From the human T2T-CHM13v2.0 reference genome, Homo sapiens, in NCBI RefSeq assembly GCF_009914755.1, contig NC_060936.1: a stretch of DNA of 64,000 bases; one strand, 5' to 3'. Under the pieces are notes generated by a model, which saw nothing but the letters and a program-made list of their open reading frames with translations, was not told where the DNA came from and did not search any database. The position numbers were made by a program, and so were the translations under genes. Shown here in pieces: positions 1-15,003 of this stretch (position 1 is the first letter of the stretch; each line of letters opens with the position of its first letter).

Positions 1-29
1 CATAAGCCATAATCCCACTCGCCTTCCAC

Positions 30-188
30 TGTGTCCCAAAGTGTGGTTCGTGGACTTCCCTCATCAGAATCACCTAAGGTTGCTTAATGAAATACTGAAT
101 TCTGGGTCCTACCTCAGCCCAAGTCTCTCCCTCCCCACCTCCCAACCAGCCAAGTGATTATTAAGCATAATAAAGTTTGGAGCTGCTG
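30..188. mobile_element. MER5-type hAT-Charlie relic
   Basis: TCCCAAAGTGTGGTTC...CATCAGAATCACCT...GAATTCTGGGTCCTACCTCAG...TAAAGTTTGGAG resembles the MER5A/B consensus. Confidence 0.6.
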
Positions 189-1072
189 GTCCAGGAACTA
201 AGTTTGATGGGATAAAAAAAAGAAGATAAAGGATAATTATTTAAGTGCCCATAGATTCTTGGCATTCACATAGGTGCCAACCTATAATATAAATGACTGG
301 CCTTATCCATCATGTTTGAATATTCCCAATGGGTGGCACATTGTGTTCCATTAAAAATAGCTGGGTAAGGCCACTTGACAGAATTTTAAATAGGCAATAT
401 AAATTGTTACACACGTCCCTTCTGAAGGGACATTTTTAATGTAGAGTCTTTTGTCTAAAGATAAATTTCTAATGTTCTTTCCACCTGTCTCCTATGCCCC
501 CAGAACACCCAGTCTTGGCTTTTCTTGGTACTTTACTAAATGCCACGAAGCTGAGGACTCACTGCTTTTCAATGCCAGCATTTCTGACCCAGGCTCCTCT
601 CCCACAGCCAACCCATCACTAGGGCCAAATCAGCAATTGTACCTGCCGTAACAATCTGGGTGAGCGCCCAGGGGACAGCCTGTTCTGGTTGAAGCAGGAC
701 CTGAAGTTCTTACGGCACATTGACTCAGCAGGACTCAGATGCTTCCACAAGCCAGATGGGCAGTGGGGGTTTCCATATCCTCAGCCTGCAATCTCTTTAG
801 CCCAGATAATAGGCCCACCAGCTGGTCATCCACTCCCGAAGTTTTCAGCTGGGCATTTCTCCATCCATTTAAAAGTACAGTAAGCTTTATAGATACATAG
901 ATGCTCCAGAACCATTTGGAATAAATTGAGCATGTGGCAGAGGAAGAGGGCAGGGGATTTCCAAGAACGACCAGCAGCACTTGGAGATTTGTTTCTTAAA
1001 AAACACGACTCCTTTTCTTCTCTGATCCTGTGGTCTATTGTGAAATGACCAGAGATTTCTCCCAAGGATCTT

Positions 1073-1080
1073 GAGAGAGA

Positions 1081-1116
<36 letters not shown>
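1073..1116. repeat. (GA)n microsatellite, ~22 units with one interruption
   Basis: directly visible; produces the SLSLSL ORFs. Confidence 0.97.
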
Positions 1117-2641
1117 ACCAAGTGCTATCGGCAAAGAGGCCATACTTGGATGCCATGATCATCAGACATTTCTCTGGCCCCTAGAATGAGTTGGAACAGA
1201 GATGCGGCGTGCAAAAGCCTGAGCCTGGAGCCCGGGGTGATTTTAGAAAAGCAACACTCCCTCACCTGGGAGACACAGAAACCTTGAGAAAAGTGTGGAG
1301 CATGTGCTTGTGCTGAGGTGATCTATATATCTGGGGCCCAAGGTACCTGCATGGACAGCTAGTTAACATTCTTATTTTTGCCATTATTACTTTTGTTTTC
1401 CTAACTCCCCCGGACTCACTCTGCCCACCCCCACCAATGTTGTCTCCCCATCTGAAATGCCCTCCCTCAAAGCTCCCCTCCTCCACGCTGTCTTTCCTGA
1501 CCAGAGTTCTCACTGACCTCCCGCTGCTCAGGGCGCTCCTAACAGTCATCTACCCACGTTATTCTGTGCGTATGAATCTGACATTCCCAATATGATTGTG
1601 CGTCAGGCGCCAAGCCTGGGCACCCTTCGTTATTCCACCTCACTACCCAGCCAAAGCGGGTGTCTGCTAAATGCCTGCTGACTCGTTGGCAGTGGGCTGG
1701 GACATAGAAATAATCTTTAAAAACTGAATTGGGTAATACAATAGACTTTGTGAAAAACAGATATACCTGAATGATGAGAAACAAGTTTGGCAAAACAAGA
1801 CAGTAGAATTATTCCATCATTCTGCATCTAAAAAAAGTTAGAGGGAGAGAGAAAAATGAAAAGTTCCCAGTGACATCAGCTTTGGCAGTCCCTAATGGAA
1901 AGTGGCCTTGCCAGAGCCCTGCTCCCTCGCTCAATTGGGAACGCTTTTCATTAATGCTATTAACCTGGCCCCACAGTCAGAGGCACAGCCTGCTGGGCCA
2001 AATGTGCTCGGTTCCAATTGCTGAATCATCTCCATCTCTTTTGCCCTTCCTAATACCTTCAAGAACTAGGAGAAGCAAAGGAGGGCAGCAAAGAATTAGA
2101 AGAAGCACCAAGCACTATCAACATTAGCAAATCAGTACTAGGAAGTAGCTTGGCCGCTTCCTTCCATTTCCTTCCAACCCTGGGAACTCTTTCCATTAAA
2201 AACATTTCTCCACCACATCCATGTTTTAGACTTCTCACTGTATCAGCCCAAAGGAAAACTCAGCTCTCCATCCCCAACCACATACCATGAGCGATTTCCT
2301 TCTAAGGGAGGAAAGTCACCCTTTGCAGTTTACAGCTTAATTGCTTGACATCAATCAAGAAACCCTAGTAACATCCTGGGAATTCTGGGACCTTCTGAAA
2401 GCAGCCTGGAAGATCAGAAGTCTTTCCAGCTGCCCCCTAGACTCAGCATGATTAAAAGGTGCGGAAGGACCCCCAGATGGGAGATGTGGAGAAAAACACC
2501 AAGAAGGAAGTGAAAGTCAGACATAACCAAGAAGGAGGCAAATTTAATCTTCTCTGAGCTGGAAAATTAAAGCCAAGGGAATTCTATTATTAGGAACCTC
2601 TGTTCCGAAGGCTGGGTGGGGGCGGGATGCAAAAAAGGCTG

Positions 2642-2660
2642 CACTGCCCTCTATTGGGAC
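2642..2660 (-). promoter_or_regulatory. candidate CTCF site
   Basis: CACTGCCCTCTATTGGGA closely matches the CTCF core (TGCCCTCTAGTGG); motif match only. Confidence 0.45.
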
Positions 2661-2931
2661 CTAACAGCACTCAGCTAAGGGCTCTTCATTCATGATCTCA
2701 GTTAGTCATTGCACAACTTTTGGGAGCTATTAGTAATGGAAAAAAGACCAGAGAAATCAAGTAACTTGCTCTAGCTCATGCAACTAGGAAATGGCACAAG
2801 CAAGGATACTAAACCAGGGACAAATGGCTTTCCCAGTTTATTTTCTTGCCATTCATCTTTATAGCCAAGCTTTTCCTCCTTGGACCCAGAACATGGCATG
2901 TTGTAAGCGTTTGCCAGCAGTTCTCTCTGGC

Positions 2932-3113
2932 ATGATGGGTCTCAAAGCTAGCTGCCTATTAGAACTACCTGGAGACATGCTCTAACCTGCCAAGTGTTCA
3001 AGCCCCACCTCCAGTGATTCTGATTTTAATTGATCTTATGTAGATCCTAGCTTAAGTAGGTTTTAAAAGTTCTCCAGGTGATTCTAACATATAGCCAGTG
3101 CTAAGAATTCCTG
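2932..3113. mobile_element. MER5A-type relic
   Basis: TTAGAACTACCTGGAG...CCCCACCTCCAGTGATTCTGATTTTAATTG...TTCTCCAGGTGATTCTAA. Confidence 0.7.
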
Positions 3114-3269
3114 TTCTAGCTGCAGAAGATATAGAGGCAAAACACATGGCCCCTTCCAAACCTGGGACTTGTATTTAATAGAATTTAATACGTTTAGAGG
3201 GCTTCACTAAAGAAAAATCACTTTTGAAGGCTGTAGGCTTTCTAGTGGAATGTTAGTTCTGCTTTATGG

Positions 3270-3735
3270 TATGGTAGGCTGAATAATAGTCCCCCAAAGA
3301 GCTTCACGTCTCAATCCTTTGGAACCTATAAATAGATTACTTTACACAGAAAAAGAGACTTTGCAGATGTAATTACATTAAAGATCTTGAGTTGAGGAGA
3401 TTATCCTAGATTATCTGGATGGCCCAGATATAATCACAAGGGTCCTTCGAAGAGAGGCAGGGGAGTCAGAGTTAGAGAAGATGTGACGATGGAAGTGGAG
3501 GTTGGAATGGTGTGAGGAAGGAATACAAAAAATGCAGTGGCCTCTAGAAGCTGAAAAAGGGAGAGGAAACATCCTCCTTTAGATCCTTCAGAAAGAACAG
3601 TCCTGCACAGGCTTGACTTTAGCCCATTGAGACTGATTTTGAACTTCTGACCTCCAGAATCGTAAGAATAAATTTGCATTGTTATGAGCCACTAAATTTG
3701 TGTTATTTGTTACAGCAGCAAGGGGAACTAATGCA
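3270..3735 (+). mobile_element. MLT1C/D solo LTR (ERVL-MaLR)
   Basis: start TGGTAGGCTGAATAAT..CCCCCAAAGA; end TTTGTTACAGCAGCAAGGGGAACTAATGCA. Confidence 0.85.
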
Positions 3736-3749
3736 GATGTGGTGCAGCT

Positions 3750-3890
3750 CGCTTCAGCCATCTGAGGCTTGGGTTCCTCACCTCTAAAATGGATACTCAT
3801 ACCTACTTCAATAGGACTAAATTCAATAATTATAAGGAATTCTTGTGGCTGGCACACAGTAAGTGTTCAATAAACGGCACCTACTATTAC
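3750..3890 (+). mobile_element. MIR fragment
   Basis: TTCCTCACCTCTAAAATGG...GGCACACAGTAAGTGTTCAATAAA. Confidence 0.7.
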
Positions 3891-4467
3891 ACTATTACAC
3901 CTACTACTACTACAGCTACTATTACACTCATCCATAGAGGAACCTGGGATTCTCATCTCCTGAGAATCCCAGGTTCCTCATGCAGCTCTGAGTCAAAACA
4001 GGTGGGGCACAAAGTGGAAAAAATATAATAAGATGTGAGAAGAAAGAGGCTTTTAGTTGTGCCCAAATACATTTCTACAGGACAAGGGATCAAGGTGAAT
4101 GGAAAATAAATTAGCAAGAGAGCAGTGGCAGCAGAATTTCTCAGCCAGCTGGCCTCTGGGGGATGTTTGCACACGCTGGTTCTGAACATGCTATCAGATT
4201 CCTGGCACTATTGGGTCCACTTCCCAGGAACTCAGCCCCTTATTGTAAGAATTCACAAAGAGAAAGAGAAAAGGAATTAGAATCATCATAATACCTAAAG
4301 GACCCAGAAATATACAAGTTCCCCTGTCCAAATACAGCTAGCCAGTCAATTTCTGAGCAGTTGGACAATTTCAGGTTCTTAAGCTCTCACAAGAATAAAA
4401 ACATTGTTTTCTATCTATGTAGTGTTGGTTGGATTGTTAGTATTAATGGACATTCTACCATGTATGA

Positions 4468-4640
4468 GACTTATGACCTTAGGCAAATTACTCTGTTCTT
4501 CAGCTTCTTCACCTGTAAAACAGGGACAAGGGTAACACCTAGTTGTAGGGTTGTCATGAAGATTAAATGATTTATACATGCAAAGGGCATAGTAAAGTGC
4601 CTGGCACACAGTCAAGTGCTCGGTAAGTTAGCTATTAACA
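4468..4640 (+). mobile_element. MIR
   Basis: TGACCTTAGGCAAATTAC...CACCTGTAAAACAGGG...AAAGTGCCTGGCACACAG. Confidence 0.8.
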
Positions 4641-4730
4641 TTACCAGCAGGGTTATTTTTATTTTGGAAAAAGACATGAAGCTAGGTGAAGGAAGCCACC
4701 CACTTAGAATACTTTTCATGAAGAACAGTA

Positions 4731-5031
4731 TTTTTGTTGTTGTTGTTGAGACAGGTTCTCACTCTGTCACCCAGGCAGGATGGGGTGCAGTCACGCAATC
4801 ATAGCCCACTGCAGCCTCAAACTCCTGGGCTCAAGCAATCCTCCCACTTCAGCCTCCTGAGTAGCTGGGACTAAGACACAATCCACCACACCTGGGTAAT
4901 TTTTTTATTCTTTGTACAGACAGGGTCTCACCATATTACCCAGGCTGGTCTTGAATTCATGGCCTCAACTGATCCTCCTGCCTTGGCCTCCCAAAGTTCT
5001 GAGATTACAGGTGTGATCCACCGTGCCTGGC
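4731..5031 (-). mobile_element. AluJ
   Basis: reverse-strand Alu dimer, diverged, with a (GTT)n-type tail. Confidence 0.93.
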
Positions 5032-5135
5032 AGAAAGACAGTAATTTTTAATGTCCTTTTATTGTTTTATGTAGTTTTGTTTTTAAAGGAGCTTCAAGAG
5101 AAAGAAGTCCAAAATAGGAGCCAGATACAGGCACG

Positions 5136-6260
5136 TATTCACTCAGCCAATATTTATTGACTGTCAATTATATACCAGGAACTTTTCTAGGAACTGGGGC
5201 CTAAAGATAAACAAAATCTGTTCCCTACACATAAGGAGTGTTCAGCATAATGGTGGAAAGAGACATGGTAGATTCCTAGCACAAGACAGCAAGACACATG
5301 CTGCAATAAGAGTAGGTAGGGCATGGTGAAGAGATACATAGGAGAAAATCTGATCTGGGATAGGGGACATCAGGGAGGACTTCCCGGAGGAAGCAACATC
5401 TAAATTGGCTGAGTAGGTTTGCAGATGGATGATAAGGATGTGGAGAGTTTTAGAGGAAACCAGCTCTTCCGAAGTTTTGAGGGCAAGAGCAAGCAGTGTT
5501 TTCAGGAAACTGCAGTCAAGATGAACCCAAGGGGTGGGGCCAGGCCTGAAACGGGAGGTGAGAGATTCAGCAGGAGTTCTAAATGCCATTCAGATCACAG
5601 ATCACAAAGATGGAGAACCATGATAACGAGTTTGTATTTTAGCTTGAGGACAATGAGGAGCTGTTGAAAGGCTTTAAGCAGGGCAATTTCACAATAAGAT
5701 TTGAGCTTTAGAAAGATCACTCTCAGGAGAGTAGTTGAAAGACAAGATCAAAGTCAGAAAGACAAGCTGGAAAACTATTGCAATAATTCTGGTGAAAGAT
5801 AAAAGAAGACAGAGTCAAGGTACTGGCAGTGGGGAATGATTAGGCATGGACAGATGTTAGAATGGCAGACCTGCAGACTCTGTGATCAGGTGAGAAAGGG
5901 AGGAAAAAAATCTCATTTCCAGGTTTCTAACTTGGATGAAAGGTGGTACCACTCACTAATTCAGGAAATCCAGGAAGCAGAAGTTTGAGAGGCAGGTAAT
6001 GAGCTCAGCTTTTGACACCTTGATGTGGACACATTGAAGGCCTGTGGGGACCTTCAAGTGGACATGCGCAGTTAGCAGCTAGATATGAGCCTTGAGTTCA
6101 AGATGAAGACTTGAGATTTGAGTCATTGGCCCATAGTTCGTCTATTTGAAACCATGGGAATGGGTGAGACCACCCGGGGACAGTGAGGAGTTCAAGGTGG
6201 AGGCATGATGTCCTCTGGCAAGAATGCTGTCTAAGGAGACACAGAGATAAGACAGTAATT
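5136..6260 (-). mobile_element. L2 LINE, 3' portion
   Basis: ATTCACTCAGCCAATATTTATTGA tail, then GTTTGTATTTTAG..GAGGAGCTGTTGAAGGCTTTAAGCAGG..TTTAGAAAGATCACTCT, typical of antisense L2. Confidence 0.8.
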
Positions 6261-6386
6261 GAAGGGAAGCAGGAGGTAGAGGGAGATAGTGTTTTGCTGT
6301 TTTTGTGTTTTAACAAACACTTGAGATTGTTGAAATGTTGCTGATGAAGAGGAATGGGGTGGGTGGGGAAAGAAAGGATTAAAGTA

Positions 6387-7031
6387 GAGTCTATCTTCTT
6401 TGTTCACAGATTTTGTATTTGCAAATTTGCCTACTCACTAAAATGCATTTGTGACCCTAAAATCAATAATCACGGTGCTTTCATGGTCATTCCTGGATGG
6501 GCACCTGTTCAGAGTGTCGAAAAACTGGATCCTCCTGATACACTTGTCCCCAGCTGAGGTTAAACAAGGCAATGCTCTGCCTTCCTGTTTCAACTCTCAT
6601 ACTATAAATGTGTCCTTTTCGCAGAATATTTAGCGTCACATTTTTCACGTTTGTGCATTTCGTTGGTGATTTCGCTGTTTAAAATTGCCTGAAGCAAAAT
6701 GCCGAAGTGCTGTCTAGTGTTCCTAAGCCCAAAAAGCTGTGCCTTATGGAGAAAATATGGGCATTCAATAAGCTTCTTTCAGGCATGAGTTAGTGCCATT
6801 GGTTGGGAGTTTAATGCTAATGAATCAAGAGTGTATGGTAAATAAGGTATCTCTAGACAGAAATATGCATAAAATAGGATTATGTGCCGATCTGTTGATG
6901 AAAATGTTGTGAACAGAGGCTCACCGGAAATAACCCTGTATTTCCTCTAGGTGCAATGATCCCATATTCGCTAATTAGTGTTGGCAGTAACTTTATAAAA
7001 TGCAACTACTACACATAATGAGAATCAACTG
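6387..7031 (-). mobile_element. MER82 (TcMar-Tigger MITE), near full length
   Basis: ends GAGTCTATC.. and ..GAGAATCAACTG (TIRs); internal AAGTGCTGTCTAGTGTTCCTAAG. Confidence 0.85.
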
Positions 7032-8179
7032 TGTAAGAGAGAGGGAGAGTCAGAGGCCCCAGAGGAGGATTTGGGTGGCGTGCTTTCAGGTAATGGAGTA
7101 GTCTGCTAGAGTCCCTGATCTTGTCATGCAATAAGTGTGCTAGACCAAAATATTCCTTTTAACTGAAGACACCACCAGGAGATAGCTTTCAGCTGGCTTT
7201 GCTCTGAACAAGCTGCCCTGGCACATGAAGTGTGGGAGGATGGGTAGGAAAGGGAAGTGAGATCAATAAGGAGACATTGAAAATAAAATACGGGTGGAGA
7301 GAGAAAGAGGGTCTCCTTTTGTTGCTCTCTCTCTACATTGCGCAATTTATAAAGTTTAATGGGGGAGCCTTTTCTGATGATTTCTTAGGGACTCACAGAT
7401 TTTACATTCCTGCTTATTCTGGTGATACCGAACTTTATTTTGACCCCTACCCAAAACTGTACAGTTTAATCTTCACTTTGCCTATGCCTTGGCTCAAAAG
7501 GAAGTTAGTTTCAGGCAATTGAGATTTGGCATTACACAGTAATCTCTTTTTTATTAACTCATCTCAGCAGCTGAAAGCATTGAAAAAACACTCCAACAAT
7601 ATTGTAACCAAAAAAAACAAAAAGCCAAAAACATTGTAACCAAGTTTATATCCTGAGGGAAACACTAAGAACAACTTTCCCTCTTCATCTCCCTTTACCC
7701 TATATGAGAAAAGCAAGGCTTCTCTATTCCCAAAGTGAGTTCAAAGTAAAGGAAAACATTGCTTTGTTTTACGTAACATGCATATTTTGAAGATAGGAAC
7801 AAGACTTCAGGAGAAAAACAAGTTCTCAAACACTGACCATCCTTACTAGGCTAGGTGAAGTTACAATGAAACTCTGATGTTAGGGGGAAAACTGACACCT
7901 GTTCTATTTCCACGTCAGGTCACAAAAGGCAGTACCATCTGTTGCCAAGTATCAGAAACCTCTCTCATCCAGCCCCTGACTCCACTGATTGCTAATTTAT
8001 AACTGTTTAGAGATGGCTGGGCCAAAGCTCACTTCTGTTCTATCTGAACAAAAGAGGCTCTTAGCTGACTAACAAGGTAAACAAGTTCAATTTATTTAAC
8101 TAAACATACTTTTTTGCAGATTATAAATTTAACAGAGTTTGCTAACACTAGTGAAATTTTTTTTTATTTTTTATAGTCT

Positions 8180-8410
8180 ATTAATTAATAGACTATATTT
8201 TTGAGTAGTTTTAGGTATACAGAAAAATTAAGCAGAAAGAACAGAGTCCCATATTCCTCTTTTCCATGCACCCCACCCACCCCACACACCAAAATTTCCC
8301 CTGTTATTAACTCTTGCATGTCCAAATGTGGTACATTTATTAAAACTGATGAACCAATACATTATTATTATTTACAGTCCATAGTTTACATTAGGGTTCA
8401 CTCTTTGTGT
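8180..8410 (-). mobile_element. L1MC-type 3' end fragment
   Basis: GTAGTTTTAGGTATACAGAAAAATTAAGCAGAAAG...GTCCATAGTTTACATTAGGGTTCACTCT. Confidence 0.75.
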
Positions 8411-8614
8411 ACAAAACATAATTTTAATATGTGTTAGAGGCACTGAAATCATAAAAATAAAGCTACCACTTGTAGAGAAATCTCCAGGTCACAATGCTTT
8501 GTCACAAAAAAACCCAATTTTTTCCTTTATTTCGAACTCACTTTGGGAGTAGAGAAAGCTTGCTTTTCTCAGTGTTACACGTAATGCCAATAACCACTGT
8601 CACAAACATAATAT

Positions 8615-8750
8615 TCATCATAACAGTCCTGAAGATGGGCTGAAACTCTTACTTATAGAAAAGGAGCTGACGTTCAGAGAGGCAAGCAGCCTGCCAAAGC
8701 TCCTACAGCTGTAAAATGGCAGAGACAAGATGGGAACCCAGGTCTTCTTA
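8615..8750 (-). mobile_element. MIR fragment
   Basis: GAGCTGACGTTCAGAGAGG...CAGCTGTAAAATGGCAGAG..GGAACCCAGGTCT. Confidence 0.6.
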
Positions 8751-9934
8751 GTTCTTTGCCAGTTATGTTAATGCTAATTTTTAAGAGGCCACTCTTAGCC
8801 CCATGTCTTCCTCACATTCAGATTTCTATTTCTAAGCAGAGGATTAAGATGCACACTGCTCATGTTTCCACTGAGAAACAAACTGTGACAAGGCAAATCA
8901 GATGGCACTTGGTCAAATACATGGCTGGTTAGGGGACACAGGTATTAATTATTCTTTTGGGCTTGGACATCAAGTCTATACTTACAGCTAATTTACTTGT
9001 CTGTCTTCCCTCTAGACAGCAACTCTAGAAGAAAAAGAACTATGTCTACTTGCTTGCTATTGTCTCTTTGTTGCTTACTTACTGCCTGGGACAGAATAGC
9101 AATTAAACAGCAGTTACTAAGCATGTCGATGGAAGGATAGCTAACCCCATCGGTAAGGAATACTAACCATACACACTGCCTCTGGAATCACTTTCTGATA
9201 TCTTCCCTTTTGCTTTTCTGGTAGTTTTCCAACTACTCTTTCACATTGCCTTTTCTACTTCTATATTTTGGGCCTTATAATTTCAACCATATCCTATAAT
9301 TACAAGATCATTTGAACCAACACCAAACGTCCCAATCATTTTCCTTTCCACTACATAACAAGACTCAGACAGCCTACCATTTCTCTTAAGATAATATTTA
9401 CATCTTTGGTCTGCGTCCAGTACCCAGGTCCATGTGCCTGTGGATGTGTCAGTGCAAATAGCTCTTGCCTTGTCCCTTCTCATTAACATGAATGGCAAAA
9501 AGGATTTGAGAGAAGGAATATTGGGTATTCCAGGAAATCTAAGCTCTAAATCTAAGTTCTGCTTGCAGGTCTTTATGTAATGGAAAGCTGTTTCGCTTTG
9601 AGTTTCTTAGCCACAAAATGGGAATAATATCATGTGTTTTTAGGACATCTCAAAAACTGTTTTTTATACATGAGCAAACAAGGAACGTTAAAATGTTTGT
9701 ACATTTCATTAAGCTGTTTATTAGTATTTGTAAATATCGCATTCAAAGGCTTGAGGCAAAAGTTACAAACTGGTAACTTGAGGGACCACAATGAGTCAAT
9801 AGAAGTGTTTTGTTTCTCCAGTGATGTTATTTTTAGAATTTAATCCAGTTACTAAGATGTTTCACATTGGGAGACTTCACATTAAAATTTTGGCTTCCCT
9901 TTAAAAATCTCAGGATTAGGCATCCTAAGCCCAC

Positions 9935-10293
9935 TGATATGGTTTGGCTCTGTGTCACTACCCAAATCTCATCTCAAACTGGAATCCCCATGTGTTGAGG
10001 GAGGGAGGTGCTTGGATCAAGGGGGCGGCTTCCGCCATGCTGTTCTCATGGTAGTGAGTGAGTTCTCGTGAGATCTGATGGTTTTTAAAGTGGCAGTTTT
10101 TTCCTGCACTTGCACTTCTCCCTCCTGCCGCCATGTGAAGAAGCTGCCTGCTTCCCCTTCACTTTCTGCCATGATTGTAAGTTTCCTGAGGCCTCCCCTG
10201 CCATGTGGAACTGTGAGTCAATGAAACGTTTTTCTTTTATAAATTACCAGTCTCAGGAATTTCTTTATAGGAGTGTGAAAATGGGCTAATACA
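9935..10293 (+). mobile_element. THE1D solo LTR
   Basis: TGATATGGTTTGGCTCTGTGTC...GTGTGAAAATGGGCTAATACA; TG..CA termini. Confidence 0.9.
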
Positions 10294-10413
10294 CCCCCAC
10301 TGCTGTTTGGCAGGAACTGACCAAAGCTGAGCAATGATCACTTCCAAGTAAAGCCATAAGAGCATTCGAGTTTGCCACAGTCTCCACCACTCCCTATTTT
10401 ATCACATGTAATC

Positions 10414-10813
10414 TGATATAGTTTAGATGTCCCGTCCAAATCTCATGTTGGAGGTGGGGCCCACGTTGGAGGTGGGGCCTGGTGGTAGGTGTTTGAGTGT
10501 TTGGGTCATGGGGGCAGATCCCTCATGGCTTGGTGCTGTCCTCACAATAGTGAGTTCTTGTGAGATCTGGTTATGTAAGTGTGTGGCACCTCCCTATCAC
10601 TCCCTCTTTTGCTCTTGCTATGTGATGTGTCTGCTCCCACTTTGCCCTCTGCCATGATTGAAAGCCACCTGAGGCCACCCCAGAAGCTGTGCAGATGCCA
10701 GCACCATACTTCCTGTACAGTCTGCAGAACCATAAGTCAATTAAACCTCTTTTCTTTATCAATTACCCAATCTCAGGTATTTCTTTATATCGATGCCAAA
10801 ACAGCCCAACACA
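10414..10813 (+). mobile_element. MSTA/MSTB solo LTR
   Basis: TG..CA termini with perfect 5-bp TSD TAATC (10409-10413 / 10814-10818). Confidence 0.9.
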
Positions 10814-11417
10814 TAATCTTTGCCATAGTCCCTACTACTTCCTGTTTTATTACAGCCAGTCTGCTTGACTCACTTAAGTTACTGTCTGGTTCCCAGAGGC
10901 ATTTGAATTTGACTACCCCTGTTTTAAAGAAGTATTACAGAGCATATAGTTGATTTATCAGTCTGCAGCTATCAGATTGATCCTGTTCACAAATAGTTCT
11001 AAAGAAGAAAATCCATAGTATTTTGCAAGCCATTCAAACACTAAACCTTTCTCTTCTATCCAGAAAATTTTCCCCTCACTATAAATAGGCCAATAAGAAC
11101 AATGTAGGCTTAGAACTAAATGGCATCTTATAGCTCATCTGGTCCAACCACCTTATATAACATTTGAGAAAACTACAGGCCTAGATTGTGAAGATGCCCA
11201 ATAGCTAACAGGGACGAGAACCAGCTTCCCACTGGAAAGCTTCCTGGAACTTCTCATTCTTTCCAAATTAGGCATAGAAAATAGCTGCTTATTTTACTTT
11301 GTGAAAGCATTTTAGGCTTGGACTCAAGGGCAGGAAGTGTTTTTTTCTCTTGTTTTAGATTCTCAGGAAACTTATTTTCCTAACCTTAATTACCATGAAG
11401 ATTATCTGTTGAACCCT

Positions 11418-12092
<675 letters not shown>

Positions 12093-12372
12093 TTAATTTT
12101 ATATGTCAAACTTGCCTGGGCTTACGGATGCCCAGATAACTGGTAAAATACGATTCTGTGTGTGTCTGTGAGGGTGTTTCCAGAAGGGACTAACATTTGC
12201 ATTGGTGAACTGAATAAAGCAGATGGCCCTCCCCAACGTGGGTGGGCGTGATCCAGCAGAACAAATTGGGGAGGAAAGGTAAATCCACTCTCCTGATTGG
12301 GCTGAGACATCCATCTTCTGCCCTAAGACATTGGCCCTTCTGGTTCTTGGGCTTTCAGATTTGGACTGAAAC

Positions 12373-12750
12373 TTTATTAGTCCATTCTCATCTTGCTATA
12401 AAGACCTAAGACTGGGTAATTTATAAAGAAAGGAGGCTTAATTGACTGACAGTTCCACAAGCTATACAGGAAGCATAGCTGGGGAAGCCTCAGAAAACTT
12501 ACAATCATGGCAGAAGGGGAAAGGGAAGCAGGCACGTCTTACACGGCCAGAGAAGGAGGAAGAGAGCAAAGCGGGAGGTGCTACACACTTTTAAACAACC
12601 AGATTGCGTGAGAATTCACTCACTATCTTGAGAACAGCAAGTGGGGAGTGTGCCTCCATCATTCAATCACCTCACACCAGGCCCTTCCTCCAACACTGGG
12701 AATTACAATTCAACATGAGATTTGGGTGGGGACACAGCCAAACCACATCA
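12373..12750 (-). mobile_element. MSTA-type LTR nested in MLT2
   Basis: TATTAGTCCATTCTCA...GGGGACACAGCCAAACCACATCA. Confidence 0.85.
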
Positions 12751-12916
12751 GGGACTGGCACCATTGCCCTTCATTCTCAGGTCTTCAGCTTTGGGCTGAA
12801 TTACACCACCAACTTCCCTGGTTCTCTAACTTGCAGATCATGGGACTCCTTGGCCTCCATAACTGCATGAGCCAATTCCTATACTAAATCTCTTCATATA
12901 TGCATGTATATATATA

Positions 12917-13246
12917 CAGCTGGCCGTCTATGTCCATGGATTCTGCATCCATGGATTCAACCAACCACAGATCAAAAATATTTGAGAAAAAAATGCATCT
13001 GTACTGAACATGTATAGACTTTTGTTTCCTGTCCTTATTCCCTAAATAAAACAACTATTTATGTAGCATTTACATTGTATTAGGTATTATAAGTAATCCA
13101 AAGATGATTTAAAGTATACAGGAGGATGTGCATAGGGAAGATGGCAAATACTATGCCATTTTATATCAGGGACTTGAGCAACTGCAGATTTTGGTATCCA
13201 AGGGAGATCCTGGAACCAATCCCACACAGATACCAAGATATGACTA
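12917..13246. mobile_element. MER2 (TcMar-Tigger) nested in the TA-rich tract of MLT2
   Basis: CAGCTGGCCGTC..CATGGATTCTGCATCCATGGATTCAACCAACC...GGAACCAATCCCACACAGATACCAAG; flanked by TA. Confidence 0.88.
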
Positions 13247-13398
13247 TATATATAGAATTGGTTCTCTTTCTCTAGTTTTTTGTTCCACTACACACAGATG
13301 AGTAATTGGAAAGGGAAGAGTATATTAACAGCCTTTTCAGATCATGGTGAAGATTCTGCTGTAGATTATACCAAAACTTGACAAGTTGTAGTTTCTTA

Positions 13399-13803
<405 letters not shown>

Positions 13804-14217
13804 TCATTTGGAAAATATTGTTTTAATGAGTTGTGCAGACCTTCCAGATGTTGACACATTTCAATATATAATATAAAAATATCACCTTCCAAAATATCAC
13901 CACCAATTTCATTCTAATTTCCTTTGAAAGCTTGAATTTTATCATTGGCATCAAATATTATCTTCCTTGACACGATTAACTCATATTGTCATATTGTTTT
14001 CCTTCACTGGAAAAACTCATTTCATTTTCTGAGACCATTTCTATCAAATACCCAAACTTGAATAACTATAATTTGTCTGTCAGTTTTTATTTCAAGCAAA
14101 AATAATGTTCTGTGAAAAAAAACCAAACAGCTAATTTAGCTGGCAACTCAAACAATCACATAAGTGCTTTTCTGCAAGACAACCATCATAGCCTATGCAG
14201 GAGAAATGCTTTATGTG

Positions 14218-14598
<381 letters not shown>

Positions 14599-15003
14599 TC
14601 AGTAAAATGCTTTCTTGTATTCTGTGGTTGTGAGGAATACAGTGACTACAGTTTGGTGTCAGGATTTGTGCTGAGCCACCAGCAGTTTTTCCCGCCATCG
14701 CTTTTCCAACATCAGTGCAAATGACTATGCAGTAAAAAAGGCAAATAATATCTTGAAATAATTATATATGTATATTTCATTAGATATAGATATTCCCCAC
14801 TGAATATATAAAATTTTGAAAATAACTTTGACCTTGAAAACTTATGAAAGTGTCTCAGGGACCCCTAGGTATCTTTACACTTGGAGAACTACTACTCCAG
14901 ATGAACAGAAAGATAGGACAATGACTATCTGAAATTTAGCTCCTTTCTTTGGGAAGCAGGCTCTGCTAGCCAGGAAGAAGGAAGCAAAGAATAGCTATTT
15001 GTT

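Noticed and set aside
826-1162. SLSLSL-containing ORFs
   Set aside because: Translation of the (GA)n microsatellite.
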